Assembly (NCBI GenBank): GCA_965227295.1
Contig: OZ245742.1
Span: forward strand, 1,152,001-1,216,000
Direction of reading: 5' to 3'
From: Leptonemataceae bacterium
GTDB lineage: Bacteria > Spirochaetota > Leptospiria > Leptospirales > Leptonemataceae
DNA length: 64,000 nt
Shown: positions 19,397 to 28,688 of the stretch, piece by piece
How positions within the stretch are numbered: the stretch's first letter is position 1
How the letters are laid out: each line of letters opens with the position of its first letter
The notes under the pieces: model-generated
The model's database searches: none
What the model was told of the DNA's origin: nothing
What the model saw: only the letters and a program-made list of their open reading frames with translations
Made by a program: the position numbers and the translations under genes

Positions 19397-20485
19397 ATGC
19401 AGTCGATTGCCTCCGATCAGCCGTTGCGCGGCCGCAGTGCCACGCTGAATCCCGCGGGACGCTTCGAAGTGCTGGGCGCCGATCTCTTCGACGACGGTTG
19501 GGGCTCGGTCCCGGAATGGTTCTCGGAATCCGCGAGCCCGGCCACGGAGGTCTTTCCGGAAGAGGTCCGCAGCATCATCAGCCGGAACGACTCGCCGGAT
19601 ATCCCGTTTGAGCAAAGCATCAATCCTTACCGCGGCTGCGAACACGGCTGCATCTACTGCTACGCCAGGCCGTCGCATTCCTACGTGGGCCTTTCGCCAG
19701 GTCTGGACTTCGAAACGAAAATCTTCGCGAAACACGGCGGACCGGAAGCCCTCGAGAAAACACTGCGGCGACCCTCCTATCGGCCACACCCCATCGCCCT
19801 GGGCGCAAACACGGATCCGTACCAACCTCTGGAACGTCGACTGCGAATCACGCGCCGCATTGTGGAACTGCTCTGGAAACACCGGCACCCCTTCTCCATC
19901 GTTACAAAGTCAGCCCTCGTGCTGCGCGACCTGGATCTTTTGCGGAAATGCGCGGCGCACAGCCTGGTCGGGGTCTACGTTTCCGTAACCTCCCTTGACG
20001 CAAAGCTGGCGCAACTCATGGAACCCCGCGCGGCAGCCCCGAAACATCGCCTGCGGACCATCCGAGAGCTAAGCGCTGCCGGCGTGCCCGTGGGTGTCAT
20101 GACAGCCCCGATCATTCCCGGATTAAACGATTCCGAAATCGAAGCCGTGCTCGGTGCCGCACGCGAAGCCGGAGCAACGTCGGCGGGTTATGTTCTGTTG
20201 CGATTGCCCTACGAGGTCAAAGATCTGTTTCGGGACTGGCTCAAACAGCACTTCCCGGAAAAGCACGATCGCATTATGCATCTGGTGCAGGAAACTCGCG
20301 GCGGCCGGGAGTACGACGCGCGCTTCGGTCAGCGCCATCGAGGGACGGGCCACTACGCCGATCTCATCGGCAAGCGCTTTGCGAATGCCGTCCGCCGCAA
20401 TGGACTCAACCGGAACCGCTACGAGCCGGACGACACTCTCTTTCTGCATCGCCCGGAACAGGGGCGGCAATTAAACCTACTGTGA
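19397..20485 (+). CDS. PA0069/Rv2578c-family radical SAM protein (spore photoproduct lyase-like)
   Basis: INPYRGCEHGCIYCYAR, NTDPYQPLE, LLRLP. Confidence 0.9.
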   Translation: MQSIASDQPLRGRSATLNPAGRFEVLGADLFDDGWGSVPEWFSESASPATEVFPEEVRSIISRNDSPDIPFEQSINPYRGCEHGCIYCYARPSHSYVGLSPGLDFETKIFAKHGGPEALEKTLRRPSYRPHPIALGANTDPYQPLERRLRITRRIVELLWKHRHPFSIVTKSALVLRDLDLLRKCAAHSLVGVYVSVTSLDAKLAQLMEPRAAAPKHRLRTIRELSAAGVPVGVMTAPIIPGLNDSEIEAVLGAAREAGATSAGYVLLRLPYEVKDLFRDWLKQHFPEKHDRIMHLVQETRGGREYDARFGQRHRGTGHYADLIGKRFANAVRRNGLNRNRYEPDDTLFLHRPEQGRQLNLL

Positions 20486-20932
20486 GCCGGTGGACTGCGG
20501 TGGAACAACCTTACACTTTCCGGTGCCCACGCGTTTGCCGTGCTGGTTCGTCCACTCTATCTTCATCTCCACGACCTTCATGCGGTCGATCTTACGAATG
20601 ACTTCCACCGTGCAGGTGATGGTATCGCCGGGGAAAGTGGGATTCTTGTAGCGCTGGGTTACTTCCAGGGCCACGGTTCCCAGGCCGGGAAGCTTCATAC
20701 CCAGCACCGGCGCCAGAAGCGAGCTGGCCAGCCCGCCGTGGGCGATGCGCGTTCCGAAGGGCGTGGTCTTCGCATACTCTTCGTCGACGTGCACCGGATT
20801 GAAGTCCCCGCTGATACCGGCGAACAAATAGATATCGGTTTCCGTGATGGTCTTCGCGAAGCTGGCCCGGTCTCCGACCTGGATTTCATCGTAGGTTTTT
20901 CCTTGCTGGTACATGAGGATCCTTTTTACCAT
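20477..20932 (-). CDS. MaoC-like (R)-specific enoyl-CoA hydratase
   Basis: FAGISGDFNPVH, RIAHG, PGLGT; start may be 20914. Confidence 0.88.
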   Translation of the reverse strand: MVKRILMYQQGKTYDEIQVGDRASFAKTITETDIYLFAGISGDFNPVHVDEEYAKTTPFGTRIAHGGLASSLLAPVLGMKLPGLGTVALEVTQRYKNPTFPGDTITCTVEVIRKIDRMKVVEMKIEWTNQHGKRVGTGKCKVVPPQSTGSQ

Positions 20933-20970
20933 AATGCTCTGCGCTGGCGAGCGTTTCAGGCCGTTGCATC

Positions 20971-21423
20971 ATGTACACCCATCTCACGTTTCTCAGACAC
21001 CTGGGCATGTTCGCCGCGTTGTTCTCGCTGCCGTTCTGGTTCATGGAACTCCGGCCGGCACTGTTCTGGTTCTACCATCACGCCTGGTTTTTCGCCGGCT
21101 GGATCATCGCGGCGCTGCTGATTGGTTGGTCGTCCGACCGTCTCGTGCGGACCGGACGCCTTGCTGTAATCTTCCATAGAAGCGACGCCGACATTGAGGC
21201 GTTGCCGTATTTTCACCGCCTCGTAGTTTTATGGGCAAGTTGCTCGCGCTGCGTAGCCTACTGGTGCGGCGGCGGCACGGCCGTAATCCTGACGCTGCTG
21301 TACTGGCCGGTTGAAATGTCCTGGTGGGCCGACCTGATGCGCGCTCTGTACTTCGGACTCAGCGGCGCCTCGCTGGCCGCGGCCGCGGCGATCCTTGTTC
21401 ATCTGGCCCGAAATAGAACTTGA
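20971..21423 (+). CDS. Hypothetical membrane protein (about 4 TM)
   Basis: Hydrophobic Trp-rich ORF filling the gap between genes. Confidence 0.55.
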   Translation: MYTHLTFLRHLGMFAALFSLPFWFMELRPALFWFYHHAWFFAGWIIAALLIGWSSDRLVRTGRLAVIFHRSDADIEALPYFHRLVVLWASCSRCVAYWCGGGTAVILTLLYWPVEMSWWADLMRALYFGLSGASLAAAAAILVHLARNRT

Positions 21424-21602
21424 GACCGCTCCTCCCGTGGGCCTATGTCGCATCGATACGGAAGAAGATCCCGGGCATTTTTGTAGCGGGTTGCGAAACT
21501 TTCGGTGGATGTTTGGTACAGGATCATTATCCTGCTGATAGCCCACCGGGAACTATCCCGGCCTTTTTCCGCATTTACAAAAAAACACGGCGGTAACACA
21601 TC

Positions 21603-22184
21603 ATGGATGTCGAAGACCTCCTACGTCAGAAGAAAGCTCAAAACGGCGAATGCCTCGCCGAACTCACGTACGAACTGCCTATTATTTTCGTTTTCTTACG
21701 CCATCTCGGCTGTACTTTTTGCCGTGAAACCCTGTACGATCTCGCCCGGCAGCGTCAGAATATTCAGCTGGAAGGCTCCGCCATTGTCCTGGTTCACATG
21801 AGTCCTCCCCGGGAAGCCGAAGAAATCTTTCGCAAGTACGGCCTCACCGATATTCTACACGTCAGCGACCCGGATCAGTCTTTGTATCGCGGTTTCCACC
21901 TGAACCGGGGTCCCTGGTTTCGCCTGTTCGGACTCAAAGTATGGGTGCGCGGCATCATCGCCGGCTGGTGGAACGGCCACGGCATGCCCCGCAAGATGGG
22001 CGACGTGGCGCAGATGCCGGGCGTGTTTTTGGTGCATCGCGGACAAATCGTCCTCGAGTACCGGCACAAGAGCCCCGCCGATCGACCGGACTACGTCAGC
22101 ATTGCTACGTACCCGTTTCAAATGGGGAACATTCCGGCACCCGAGGGCGTAGAACTTTATGCGAACCGCTCGCGTCCAAACTGA
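21603..22184 (+). CDS. AhpC/TSA-2 (SelL/FAM213-like) thioredoxin-fold redox protein
   Basis: FLRHLGCTFCRE, SDPDQSLY, QMPGVF, ADRPDY. Confidence 0.85.
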   Translation: MDVEDLLRQKKAQNGECLAELTYELPIIFVFLRHLGCTFCRETLYDLARQRQNIQLEGSAIVLVHMSPPREAEEIFRKYGLTDILHVSDPDQSLYRGFHLNRGPWFRLFGLKVWVRGIIAGWWNGHGMPRKMGDVAQMPGVFLVHRGQIVLEYRHKSPADRPDYVSIATYPFQMGNIPAPEGVELYANRSRPN

Positions 22185-22185
22185 C

Positions 22186-23097
22186 ATGGACGCCATACGC
22201 TACTCTCTAACATTCACTCTCTGCATCTTACTGCTTGCTTCGTGCGCACAGGAATCCTCCGCCCCGGCCCAGGAGGCGGCGGTTTTCGCCAGCGTCGAAG
22301 AAGAGGGCTATGTCCTGGACGATGCAGAAAGCGACGCCCCGGCATCAGATGCCTTGCCGGGCAAGGACCGGAGACGTGCGGACAAATCCAAAACCACTGC
22401 AACGAGCAGTGATCTCGGTGGCGTGAACCTGGCGCCCAACGAAGGCGCTGAAAAACGCCTGCTGGAGTACTCCATCTCACTGCAATACCGCACGGATGAG
22501 TTTTTCGAAGCGCGTCAGCGTCTGTTGAAACTCGCCGGCGATTACGGTTACATTGAATCCAGTTCCGCTTACGCGAGTCCCGAATCGCCGATCGGCATGA
22601 CGACTACTTTGCGGATCGAGGCCGAAGATCTCTACAAGGCCCTGGCCGATTTCGAAAAGCTCGGCGCGCTGGAACAGGAGAACATCAGTTCCACCGACCA
22701 CACCGAAAGCATGGCCCTCGCCCGATTGAAGTACGAACGAGAACTGATCCGCATTCGGCGGCGCGCCGCCGCGACCTACGGCACCGCCGCCGCGAACAAG
22801 AACCGCGCCGAACTGGAGCGCCTGCTCGCACAGAGTGAGGACCGCCAGGACGAGGCTGCTCACGAACAATGGAAAATCAACGATCGAGTGAGCTACGCCC
22901 GCGTGGAGATTCATCTACTGGGCCCGGACGTGCCGGCCCGGGTGGAGGTGCCGCCGTATTATAACGCGTTCATCGGCCTCGCGACGGGCTCGCTCTATCT
23001 GGTGTATGCATTGATCTGGATGCTGCCGCTCTTCGTTCTCGTGGGCGTCGGCTGGTGGGGTGTACGGCGCTATCAGAAGCATCGTGCGGAAACATGA
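22186..23097 (+). CDS. DUF4349-like lipoprotein
   Basis: Lipobox LLASC, coiled coil, DRVSYARVEI, C-terminal TM. Confidence 0.7.
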   Translation: MDAIRYSLTFTLCILLLASCAQESSAPAQEAAVFASVEEEGYVLDDAESDAPASDALPGKDRRRADKSKTTATSSDLGGVNLAPNEGAEKRLLEYSISLQYRTDEFFEARQRLLKLAGDYGYIESSSAYASPESPIGMTTTLRIEAEDLYKALADFEKLGALEQENISSTDHTESMALARLKYERELIRIRRRAAATYGTAAANKNRAELERLLAQSEDRQDEAAHEQWKINDRVSYARVEIHLLGPDVPARVEVPPYYNAFIGLATGSLYLVYALIWMLPLFVLVGVGWWGVRRYQKHRAET

Positions 23098-23098
23098 G

Positions 23099-23160
23099 AT
23101 GAGTAAGGAGGGCTCGCCAACTTCACTTCAATTAAGGTTTGGCGCGCCCTCTTTACTCAT
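23099..23160. repeat. 22-bp imperfect inverted repeat between convergent genes
   Basis: ATGAGTAAGGAGGGCTCGCCAA (23099-23120) vs TTGGCGCGCCCTCTTTACTCAT (23139-23160): 20/22 Watson-Crick pairs. Confidence 0.8.
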
Positions 23161-23827
23161 TCCCGCCCGACGGGACCAGATCCACTTCTTTGTTGAGGAT
23201 TTGTTCGACACGATTGCGGATGTCTTCAAACTTCATGTAACCCCGGCATATCAGGATGTACTTGTCCTCTCCGTCCTCGGTTTCGCGGAGCACCAGCGTC
23301 GGGAATCCGCCGATGCCGAAGGACCGCGACATGTTGAAGTTGCTGCGTAAAATATCTTCGGTTTCGGGATCTTCATACTTCGCGCGAAACTCCGCGGGAT
23401 CGATGTCCATGGCCGCGGCGGCCTTTTCGAAGGTCTCGGGTTGCGTGGGATCTTCCGCCTGGGCATAAAAGAGCCGCTGTAGCCTGGACTGAAACTCAAG
23501 CGGTCGCGCCGGCGACATGCGACCGGCGGCCACCACGGCCCGGGACGCCGGCGTCGTATTGTAAACGAAGCCCGGATGTTTCTCGAAGAACGTATCGTCA
23601 AACGGCTGACCGGAGGCTCCCTGGACGGCCTCCCAGTGATGGGCGATTTCTTTCGCCGTGGCCTCCGGCATGGCGCGGGTTTCGTCCGGGCGCAATCCGC
23701 CCAGAACCATCTGCACCGGAATGCGATCCTCATAATTCTGCTGTAGACGAGTGATCTCCGGCGCGAAGCCGTAGCACCACGAACACATGGGATCGGTGAA
23801 ATAAAGAAATTCGTGGCTGGTACTCAT
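23153..23827 (-). CDS. DsbA-family (FrnE-like) thioredoxin-fold protein, no signal peptide
   Basis: DPMCSWCYGF, GGLRP, GFPTLV. Confidence 0.88.
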   Translation of the reverse strand: MSTSHEFLYFTDPMCSWCYGFAPEITRLQQNYEDRIPVQMVLGGLRPDETRAMPEATAKEIAHHWEAVQGASGQPFDDTFFEKHPGFVYNTTPASRAVVAAGRMSPARPLEFQSRLQRLFYAQAEDPTQPETFEKAAAAMDIDPAEFRAKYEDPETEDILRSNFNMSRSFGIGGFPTLVLRETEDGEDKYILICRGYMKFEDIRNRVEQILNKEVDLVPSGGNE

Positions 23828-23925
23828 AGTCTCTCCCTGCAAATCTACAGAAGCCTTTTTCGTAGTTGCTGTTTACTTTATGATAATCAATCCATGCGAT
23901 GATAACAAGAAGTTCCCGGGGTACC

Positions 23926-25632
23926 ATGCATAAGATCAACTACGAACACGAACAGTGCATTCAGGAAGACGACCTGCAACTTTCCTTGCTGGAGATCTCG
24001 CTAAAAAACGGCATCCCTCACATCCACGCCTGCGGCGGCAACGGCCGTTGTTCCACGTGCCGCGTGGCCGTCCTGGAAAACCTGGAGAACGTCCTCCCGC
24101 GAAACGAAACCGAGATTGAACTGGCCCAAAAAAAGAACCTACCCGATCATATACGACTCGCCTGCCAATCCCGCATCCGGGGTCCGGTGACTCTGCGGCG
24201 ACTGGTCATTGACGAGGAGGATTTGCGCGAGGCATCCACGCAGGCCACGGCGGGCCGGGAGCGGCGGCTCGCAATCCTGTTCAGTGATGTCCGTCAGTTC
24301 ACGAATTTTACCGAGAGCAATCTTCCCTACGACGTCGTGCATGCTATGAATCGCTACTTCCGTAGAATGGGAGACAGCGTGAAGAAAAACGGCGGCTACA
24401 TTGACAAGTACATCGGCGACGGACTGATGGCGCTCTTCGGTCTTGAGGAAGATGATCCACAGCTTATCGGATGCCAGGCCGTTCGTGCGGCACTCGATAT
24501 GCTCGACGGCCTGGAAGAAGTGAACGCGTATTTGCGCAAGCACCTGGAGTGTCGCTTTGATATCGGCATTGGCGTGCACTTCGGTGATGTGATTGCCGGC
24601 GAAATGGGTCATCCGGACAAGCGGCAATTCACGGCGCTTGGTGACAACGTGAACATGGCGAGTCGCATTGAATCGGTGACGAAGAAGGCGCGGGTGCCGC
24701 TTTTGATTTCTGAGGATTTGCACGCCATTGTTAAGGACAAAGTCGTCGTCGATAAAAAGTTTCGCACGGCCCTGAAGGGCAAGAGCGGAAGCTATCGTCT
24801 CTTTCATGTGAGCGGCCTCGTTGAGGCGGCGCCGGGGAGCGCCGAGAATTCCGCCGATGTTCCAAAAGCTGCGGAAGCCCCGGAAGTTTCTACGAACGCT
24901 GCCGCACCGGCGCAGCGGAAACGCTTCGAACTGCCGCTCCTCGAATCACACTCGGTCGCCGAGAACACGATGGCCTTCTTGATTGATACGTCCGGTGTGG
25001 ACTTTGCGTTTCGGGTCGGCCAGTTCGTCAACGTTCGTCTTCCCGGCCATGACGGAGTACGCTCGTTTTCCCTGGCGTCTTCGCCGCACATCAGCGATTT
25101 CGTTATGATCGCCACGCGCATGCGGGGCTCGGAGTACAAGCGCGCCCTGGCCGCACTGGAACCGGGCACAAAGCTCATTGTCGAGGAGGCCCGCGGGAAC
25201 TTTGCGCCGCAACCGCAGGATGACACAACGCCCGCGGTTTACATCGTCGGCGGCATCGGCATTACACCGGTACGTGCCATGCTGGAATTGGCCGTGCATC
25301 GGGAAAGCAGCCGGCCCATGACGATTTTTTATTCGAACCGCGAAGAGACGGAGGCTGCTTTTTTTGAAGAGATTCAGGCGTGGTGCGAACACCTGCCGGG
25401 CTGCCGCCTCGTGCCCGTGTTCACCCGCGAAAAAACCGAGGGCTCGGACGCCGAATTCGGCCGCTTCGATACTGCGATGCTACAGCGCCACGTTCCGGAC
25501 CCCGCGGCACCGCAGTACTATGTGGTAGGACCGGAGGGCATGGCCTCGCAGGTACGGGATATTCTGGGACAGGCCGGTGTGCCGGAAGATCATATTCACC
25601 TGGAAACGTTTTACGGCTACGATTCCGGCTAA
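23926..25632 (+). CDS. [2Fe-2S] ferredoxin - class III adenylate cyclase - ferredoxin reductase (FAD/NAD(P)) fusion
   Basis: CGGNGRCSTC..RLACQ; LFSDVRQFT, DKYIGDG, TALGDNVNMASRIE, LKGK; RSFSLASSP, GGIGITP, VVGPEGM. Confidence 0.88.
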   Translation: MHKINYEHEQCIQEDDLQLSLLEISLKNGIPHIHACGGNGRCSTCRVAVLENLENVLPRNETEIELAQKKNLPDHIRLACQSRIRGPVTLRRLVIDEEDLREASTQATAGRERRLAILFSDVRQFTNFTESNLPYDVVHAMNRYFRRMGDSVKKNGGYIDKYIGDGLMALFGLEEDDPQLIGCQAVRAALDMLDGLEEVNAYLRKHLECRFDIGIGVHFGDVIAGEMGHPDKRQFTALGDNVNMASRIESVTKKARVPLLISEDLHAIVKDKVVVDKKFRTALKGKSGSYRLFHVSGLVEAAPGSAENSADVPKAAEAPEVSTNAAAPAQRKRFELPLLESHSVAENTMAFLIDTSGVDFAFRVGQFVNVRLPGHDGVRSFSLASSPHISDFVMIATRMRGSEYKRALAALEPGTKLIVEEARGNFAPQPQDDTTPAVYIVGGIGITPVRAMLELAVHRESSRPMTIFYSNREETEAAFFEEIQAWCEHLPGCRLVPVFTREKTEGSDAEFGRFDTAMLQRHVPDPAAPQYYVVGPEGMASQVRDILGQAGVPEDHIHLETFYGYDSG

Positions 25633-25645
25633 CTTTCACGCGCTA

Positions 25646-26806
25646 CTAGTTAAGGTTTTTATCGAGGCCCCAGTTTTCCAGGCGCTCCCGGGGCACGCGG
25701 AGCGGCGGGCCGCCCTCGCAGTGATATTCCAGAAGAAAAGCAATCATCTTCAGATTGATGTATCCGAGGATTCTCGCCACGGTCGTCGAGCGATCACCGG
25801 CCTCGTCCATCAACCAACCGATCCGCCGGGCCCAGGGCAGAAAATTTTCGGTCCAATGGCCTTCCTGAATTCCCAGCCGCAGCGCCAGATCGTTGCCGAG
25901 TACGTAATGCAACATGGTTTCAGCGATGCCGTCGAGTCGTTCTCCGGGGATGACGTCGTGCAGGAATTCCACCAGCGCCCGGGTAAGCTGCACGCCGTGT
26001 TGCCCCGGATGCTGGAGCCGGCCTTTGATCATGCGAAAGAGTGCCCGGGCTTCCTCGGGATCTTCCTTTAATAGTTCATCCGGAACACCCATAACGTAAC
26101 CTACCACGTTCCAGGCATGGAGATAGTCCCGCGTTTCCTGATCTTCCAGATCGTATCCGAAATGTTCGACCAGGCCGTCCAGAATGAGAATCGAGAACGT
26201 GTACAGGGTGCCGGCGATTTCTTCCTGGCTGATGGGCACGTCGGCCCCGGCCTCCCGGTGCCGCGGTCGGTTCACGGCATGGACGAGCCGGATAGCCTGG
26301 GCACTGCGCACGCCGAAGCCGCCCTGCTGGAGGTCCCCGGGATTCATCACATCGATCAAAAACTGGGCCGTACGGAGAATGCGCCGTTTGATGCCGCGGT
26401 CCATTTCGCCGGTCTTTACAAGCACCCGGGCCGGACGTTCGCAGGCATAACCCTCGGGCAACGACGAGAAAAAGAGCAAGGTCACAGCGTGTAGGCCGTT
26501 CCGGTAAAAGAATTCCTGGCCGTTGGCGATGCGCTGCGGATCGGCCCAATCCGGTAGATTGCCGGTGGCTTTCAGGTATGCGCGCACGGGTTCCGGAACC
26601 CGCGCATGCAGTTCTGCGTCGCTGAAGTCGGGGTTGAGCATGATGCCGATGATGCGCCGCAATTCCAGGTCGGTTTTCTCCGGATCGTCGCCGCAGAGCT
26701 TCCCGACGGCGACGACACAGGCGTCTCCCTCCGGATCGCCCGCGGAGCTGTATGCCTTCAGGAATTCATCGGTTTCGCTTTGCTTGCTGCTATTGCCACC
26801 GGCCAT
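25646..26806 (-). CDS. MpaB/Lcp-like (DUF2236) heme oxygenase-family protein
   Basis: LPDWAD, RRILRT, IRLVHA (heme His), PISQE, W..VGYVMGV. Confidence 0.8.
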   Translation of the reverse strand: MAGGNSSKQSETDEFLKAYSSAGDPEGDACVVAVGKLCGDDPEKTDLELRRIIGIMLNPDFSDAELHARVPEPVRAYLKATGNLPDWADPQRIANGQEFFYRNGLHAVTLLFFSSLPEGYACERPARVLVKTGEMDRGIKRRILRTAQFLIDVMNPGDLQQGGFGVRSAQAIRLVHAVNRPRHREAGADVPISQEEIAGTLYTFSILILDGLVEHFGYDLEDQETRDYLHAWNVVGYVMGVPDELLKEDPEEARALFRMIKGRLQHPGQHGVQLTRALVEFLHDVIPGERLDGIAETMLHYVLGNDLALRLGIQEGHWTENFLPWARRIGWLMDEAGDRSTTVARILGYINLKMIAFLLEYHCEGGPPLRVPRERLENWGLDKNLN

Positions 26807-27006
26807 GATCCGCTCCGCCGTGCTATCGTACGGTCTGTTGATATTATGTCCAATTTCGAAGCTTATACTTTTTACAGTATCGGAGCCTGTGCGTGACTTG
26901 ACTCAGTTCGCAAGTCATATTTCGCACGCCGATTTTCCGTCGTCGCCACGGCTCAACCGGAGGTTTTTCGAATTGACCCGTCAGCGGGAGGCGGTCAGAA
27001 AACGTC

Positions 27007-27651
27007 ATGTCTCCGTTTTCCAGCGAAGATCTCGAACGCATCAAGGCCGCCGTGGCGGAAGCCGAAGGCAAGACCTCCGGCGAAATCGTCCCCTTCTATG
27101 TAGAAGCCAGCGACGACTACGACGAAGCCGTGTGGCGCGGCGGCGTCTTCTTCGGCGTTCTGGCGTTGTTCGCTTTTTTTCTCATTCGCACTTTTTCCGG
27201 GCTCTGGCTGCCTTTCGGCGTCACTGAAATGCTGTTGGGCATTCTGCTCGCCGCCGGCATCGGCATGGCTCTGGCCATGTGGGTACGCCCCATCCGCCGG
27301 TGGTTCGCCGGGCGCGCCCTCCTGGATCGTCGCACCGGCGCCCGCGCCCTGGAGGCCTTCCTTGAAGAAGAGGTCTTCAACACCCGCGACCGCACGGGCA
27401 TTTTGTTGTTCATGAGCGTGTTCGAACATCGCGTCCACGTGATCGGCGACTCCGGCATCAACGCGAAGGTACAGCAGTCCGACTGGGACGGCGTCGTGGA
27501 GTTGATCGTGGGCGGAATGAAGAGCGGCCGGGCCGCCGAGGGATTGGTCCGCGCCATTCAGAAATGCGGCGACCTGCTGGAACGCAAAGAAGTGGAACGC
27601 CGTACGGACGACACAAATGAGCTGAGCGACGGCCTGCGCATCGGAGATTAA
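27007..27651 (+). CDS. TPM-domain membrane protein
   Basis: AVAEAEGKTSGEIV, TRDRTGILLF, DSGIN, NELSD. Confidence 0.88.
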   Translation: MSPFSSEDLERIKAAVAEAEGKTSGEIVPFYVEASDDYDEAVWRGGVFFGVLALFAFFLIRTFSGLWLPFGVTEMLLGILLAAGIGMALAMWVRPIRRWFAGRALLDRRTGARALEAFLEEEVFNTRDRTGILLFMSVFEHRVHVIGDSGINAKVQQSDWDGVVELIVGGMKSGRAAEGLVRAIQKCGDLLERKEVERRTDDTNELSDGLRIGD

Positions 27652-27652
27652 G

Positions 27653-28684
27653 ATGTGCCGGGCTCAATTCCCGCTAATTGTATATAAGATTTCTCTAGTG
27701 ACCGCGGCCGTTGTCATAACGGGTACGCTCTTCGCCCGGGACGTTCCCTATCTCAGCGGTCGGGTGGTGGACGAGGCCGGGCTACTGTCCGAAGACGCCG
27801 TCCGACAACTGGAGGAGCGCCTGGGCGCCCACGAAAACGAGACATCGAACCAGGTTGTCGTCCTGACGATTCCTTCTCTCGAAGGCGAGGTCATCGAACA
27901 GTACTCCCTGAAAGTAGCCGAGGCCTGGCAACTCGGTCAGTCCGACAAAGACAACGGGGCCCTGTTGCTGATCGCCCGGGATGATCGTAAACTCCGCATC
28001 GAAGTAGGTTACGGACTGGAAGGTGCATTGAACGATGCCGTTTCCGCACGCATCATTCGTAACGAAATCGTGCCGCGTTTTAAGGACGGCGAGTTCGAGG
28101 CGGGTGTAAACGCCGGCGTGGGCGCAATGCTGGCCGCCATCGCCGGCGAGTACAGCGCGGACGAGCAGGCCACGGGTAGCACGGAAGAACCGGCCGCCGA
28201 GGAAGGGCAATCGACCGTCGATACCGTGATCGGCTGGATCGGCAACGTGCTCGCGATTGTCATCGGCATCGTGGTGATCCTGATCGCCGCGGGCCTGGGC
28301 CTGGGTTTCGTCTATTATCTGTTCATGGTCGCAGTCTTCGGCGACGGATTTTCCGGCTGGGCTCTGTTCGTTATCCTCGGCCCTATCGTCGGCATGATCG
28401 GACTCCTCCCCGTGGCATTCTTTGATCTTCCAGGCTATACCGTCCTACCGACCCTCATCACGATCGTCAGCCTGATGTTTGTCTTCAAGCTTTGGCTCAG
28501 CTTAACAAAAACCGGGCGTGAGTTTAGAAAGAAGCACGAGGTCAAAGGCGACGGCGGCTCATCCTCCTCGTACAGCGGGAGTTCGTACTCATCCAGCTCG
28601 TACTCGTCTTCGTCGTACTCGTCGAGTTCCTACTCCGGCGGCGGTGGAAGTTTCGGCGGCGGCGGTGCTTCCGGTAGCTGGTAA
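27653..28684 (+). CDS. YgcG-family TPM-domain protein with Gly/Ser-rich tail
   Basis: VVDEAGLL, DNGALLLIA, RIEVGYGLEG, GGGSFGGGGASGSW. Confidence 0.92.
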   Translation: MCRAQFPLIVYKISLVTAAVVITGTLFARDVPYLSGRVVDEAGLLSEDAVRQLEERLGAHENETSNQVVVLTIPSLEGEVIEQYSLKVAEAWQLGQSDKDNGALLLIARDDRKLRIEVGYGLEGALNDAVSARIIRNEIVPRFKDGEFEAGVNAGVGAMLAAIAGEYSADEQATGSTEEPAAEEGQSTVDTVIGWIGNVLAIVIGIVVILIAAGLGLGFVYYLFMVAVFGDGFSGWALFVILGPIVGMIGLLPVAFFDLPGYTVLPTLITIVSLMFVFKLWLSLTKTGREFRKKHEVKGDGGSSSSYSGSSYSSSSYSSSSYSSSSYSGGGGSFGGGGASGSW

Positions 28685-28688
28685 GCGG

